Assembly (NCBI GenBank): GCA_046760225.1
Contig: JBHIDR010000017.1
Coordinates: 1-18,274 of the forward strand
Direction: 5' to 3'
From: Candidatus Aenigmatarchaeota archaeon
GTDB taxonomy: Archaea; Aenigmatarchaeota; Aenigmatarchaeia; Aenigmatarchaeales; JACQIB01
DNA length: 18,274 nucleotides
The notes under the pieces are model-generated. The model saw only the letters and a program-made list of their open reading frames with translations. It was not told where the DNA came from and did not search any database. Below are positions 16,479 to 18,274 of this stretch, piece by piece. Position numbers and translations under genes: made by a program. The stretch's first letter is position 1. Each line of letters begins with the position of its first letter.

Positions 16479-16952
16479 ATGGGAGACAGAATACTCAAAG
16501 GAGAATTTGAAGACCTCACACCAGATACCTATGTGATAGATTTGGACGAGGAGAAGGAAGAGCCAGAAAAGAAACGTATTCCTTCATTTAAGGAATATCT
16601 GGAAGAGAATGTTACGCCTGAAAAGACACATGAAGAGATTGCTGAGGAATACCAGCAGCAGTATGGCTCAAGGGGCGATGACATCAAGACCATCTACCAG
16701 GTCCTTGAGGAGTCAAGGGCAGACAACGGCAGGAGGACTGATTACACCAACGACAAGAAGAGAATAGAGACAAACGGCAAAAAGAAGCCCAAGAAGAAGA
16801 AAGAAGAGGAAAAGTATGATGACCCGTTCGCAGACTATACTGATGATGACTTTACAGTTGAGATGGACAGGGGCTTGGAAGTCAAATCAGAAGAAAAATG
16901 GTACCAGGCTGCTTGGAGGAAATTCAAGAACCTTTTCAGCAGGGGGAAATGA
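16479..16952 (+). CDS. Leader-tagged hypothetical protein 4 (EDLTPD-type leader; highly charged; amphipathic C-terminus)
   Basis: MGDRILKGEFEDLTPDTYVIDLDEEKEEPEKKR...KWYQAAWRKFKNLFSRGK. Confidence 0.85.
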   Translation: MGDRILKGEFEDLTPDTYVIDLDEEKEEPEKKRIPSFKEYLEENVTPEKTHEEIAEEYQQQYGSRGDDIKTIYQVLEESRADNGRRTDYTNDKKRIETNGKKKPKKKKEEEKYDDPFADYTDDDFTVEMDRGLEVKSEEKWYQAAWRKFKNLFSRGK

Positions 16953-17128
16953 TTATGAACAACAATCGTAACAAAATAATAAAGAGACCAATACCAGATG
17001 CAACTGACACAAAAAAGATAGAGGAAAGTATAAAAGAGAAAAAAGGAAGAAGAGCAGAAAGAAGAAAAGAAAGAAGGGTGCATGATTATGACCACTCCAT
17101 ATGGAAAGACAATAAAAGGGCGGATTGA
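16949..17128 (+). CDS. Leader-only mini-ORF 5 (PIPD-type), possibly frameshifted
   Basis: ATG at 16949 overlaps the previous TGA; MIMNNNRNKIIKRPIPDATDTKKIEESIKEKK closely matches the 14110 leader; as read, it runs 47 nt into the next gene. Confidence 0.65.
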   Translation: MIMNNNRNKIIKRPIPDATDTKKIEESIKEKKGRRAERRKERRVHDYDHSIWKDNKRAD

Positions 17129-17921
17129 AGACCACACAGAAGAAGAAATAAAGATAGATTTTGATGAGGAAGAGAAAAAACCAGTAAAAAAGAGGAAAAA
17201 AAGAAAGCTAAAAAGAATGGACACACCACCATTTCTTCCTGAAATAATAGAGGCAGGATACGAAATAAATGAAATAATGCCTAACCGCAACATATTCTTC
17301 GGGTATCTGACACTTGAGGTCCCCAAGACAGAGAAATATTATGAAAAGGATGGTGAACCAGTTCTTTTTGATTCTAATGGTGAAGAAGAGAATTATTATG
17401 GATTTAGTGAGAAAGAGGTTAAAGAGACGAGACAAGACTTCAATTTGAAGAGAAGCGCTGAAGAGTATATAAGAAAGGTTATATCAAAGAAGCTCGAGCC
17501 CATATTAGAGATAGTCGAGAATATTTACAAAGATACAAAGCCTGTAAGGTATTTTTTTACCAAGATTGATGATATTTCATTCAACATTTATAGCTGTAGA
17601 AGGGACACCGATTACAGTTTTAGTGAATTTTCCCCTGTTAGTCATGTAACAGTACAAGGCGCTGACTTTCTGACCATTGATTTTCGTTACACACTTGAAG
17701 AGACAGAAAAAATAAAGAAAGGGACAAAAGACCATTATTTGGAGAGGAGTTTTACTGACAAGCTTCTAGGAAGAGAGCCCGAGAAAAGGGTATTGGACTA
17801 TTATCATGTCTATGACAGGCCTGAATTATACGTAAAATTTAATGCACGCTCCATTGCTAACAACAGGAAAAATGCACTAATCAAGACCCTGAAGAAAGCA
17901 GGCTTCAAGGTACATAGGTGA
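17082..17921 (+). CDS. Leader-tagged hypothetical protein 6 (279 aa)
   Basis: MIMTTPYGKTIKGRIEDHTEEEIKIDFDEEEKKPVKKRKKRKLKR...; SD GGGTG; start at 17082 or 17088. Confidence 0.85.
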   Translation: MIMTTPYGKTIKGRIEDHTEEEIKIDFDEEEKKPVKKRKKRKLKRMDTPPFLPEIIEAGYEINEIMPNRNIFFGYLTLEVPKTEKYYEKDGEPVLFDSNGEEENYYGFSEKEVKETRQDFNLKRSAEEYIRKVISKKLEPILEIVENIYKDTKPVRYFFTKIDDISFNIYSCRRDTDYSFSEFSPVSHVTVQGADFLTIDFRYTLEETEKIKKGTKDHYLERSFTDKLLGREPEKRVLDYYHVYDRPELYVKFNARSIANNRKNALIKTLKKAGFKVHR

Positions 17922-17926
17922 TCTTT

Positions 17927-18274
17927 ATGAACTATCATAAGACAATCAAAGGCAGGTTTGAGGACCTCACACCAGATGAATTTGTGATAGAGGTTGATGA
18001 TGAAGAGAAAGAAGAAAAGAAGCCATAGCAGAAGCCTCCAGAAGTCAAAAAAGTGACATCTAAAGAAGCTCAGGAAGTGTATGATCTGTTGGACAAGATA
18101 GAGATGCCCAAAGATGAAATAGAGTTCATAACGTGCTATAATCTTCCCAAGAAGTACAGGGACTCCATGGGCGGGTCATATGTTGTCAATCTGACCCATG
18201 GCCAGGCAACGTTGCTTGCTCAACTGGTGTCAAAAAAGACAGGTGTGAGATACAGGCTCCCTTCTGTTCAGGGC
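17927..18274 (+). pseudogene. Leader-tagged ORF 7 interrupted by an in-frame TAG; downstream part FGE-sulfatase-like; runs off the window
   Basis: MNYHKTIKGRFEDLTPDEFVIEVDDEEKEEKKP, TAG at 18026-18028, then the same frame is open for 82 codons ending VVNLTHGQATLLAQLVSKKTGVRYRLPSVQG; SD AGGTGA upstream. Confidence 0.65.

Noticed and set aside
11494..17998. Leader repeats as a CRISPR array or a DGR template/variable repeat pair
   Set aside because: Copies are in-frame coding, irregularly spaced and differ mostly at synonymous sites rather than specifically at adenines; no cas or reverse transcriptase gene in the window.
18026..18028. Genome-wide TAG reassignment as the explanation for the in-frame amber
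   Set aside because: doc, cmk and asnS end at TAG at their expected C-termini, and no long gene here has an internal TAG.

Overview
Archaeal genomic window; TATA boxes about 22-30 nt before leaderless starts, GGTG-type SD motifs and BHB tRNA introns support this, while a DPANN-like lineage is only a guess. Left part (1-9400): partial MscS, a tandem two-domain dCTP deaminase, a small islet downstream of tRNA-Arg(UCG) bounded by tRNA-3'-end repeats and carrying a Doc toxin plus an unannotated 38-aa putative antitoxin, then cmk and purF. Next is a minus-strand asparagine module (unannotated AbrB-type regulator, archaeal asparagine synthetase AS-AR, intronless tRNA-Asn, AsnRS) and a second islet (retropepsin-like protease + small ORF) downstream of a cryptic tRNA-Asn(GUU) split by three non-canonical introns (30/31, 50/51, 59/60). 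Right part (9497 to window end): a tightly packed operon encoding a MoxR-like AAA+ ATPase, a HEXXH-peptidase/vWA protein and at least seven ORFs with mostly dissimilar bodies that all begin with a related N-terminal leader (consensus about [KR]-T-[IV]-[KR]-x-x-[IF]-[EP]-D, then acidic and Lys-rich tracts). This leader-tagged cargo array with AAA+/vWA-peptidase machinery is the best candidate for an undescribed system. No database searches were run.
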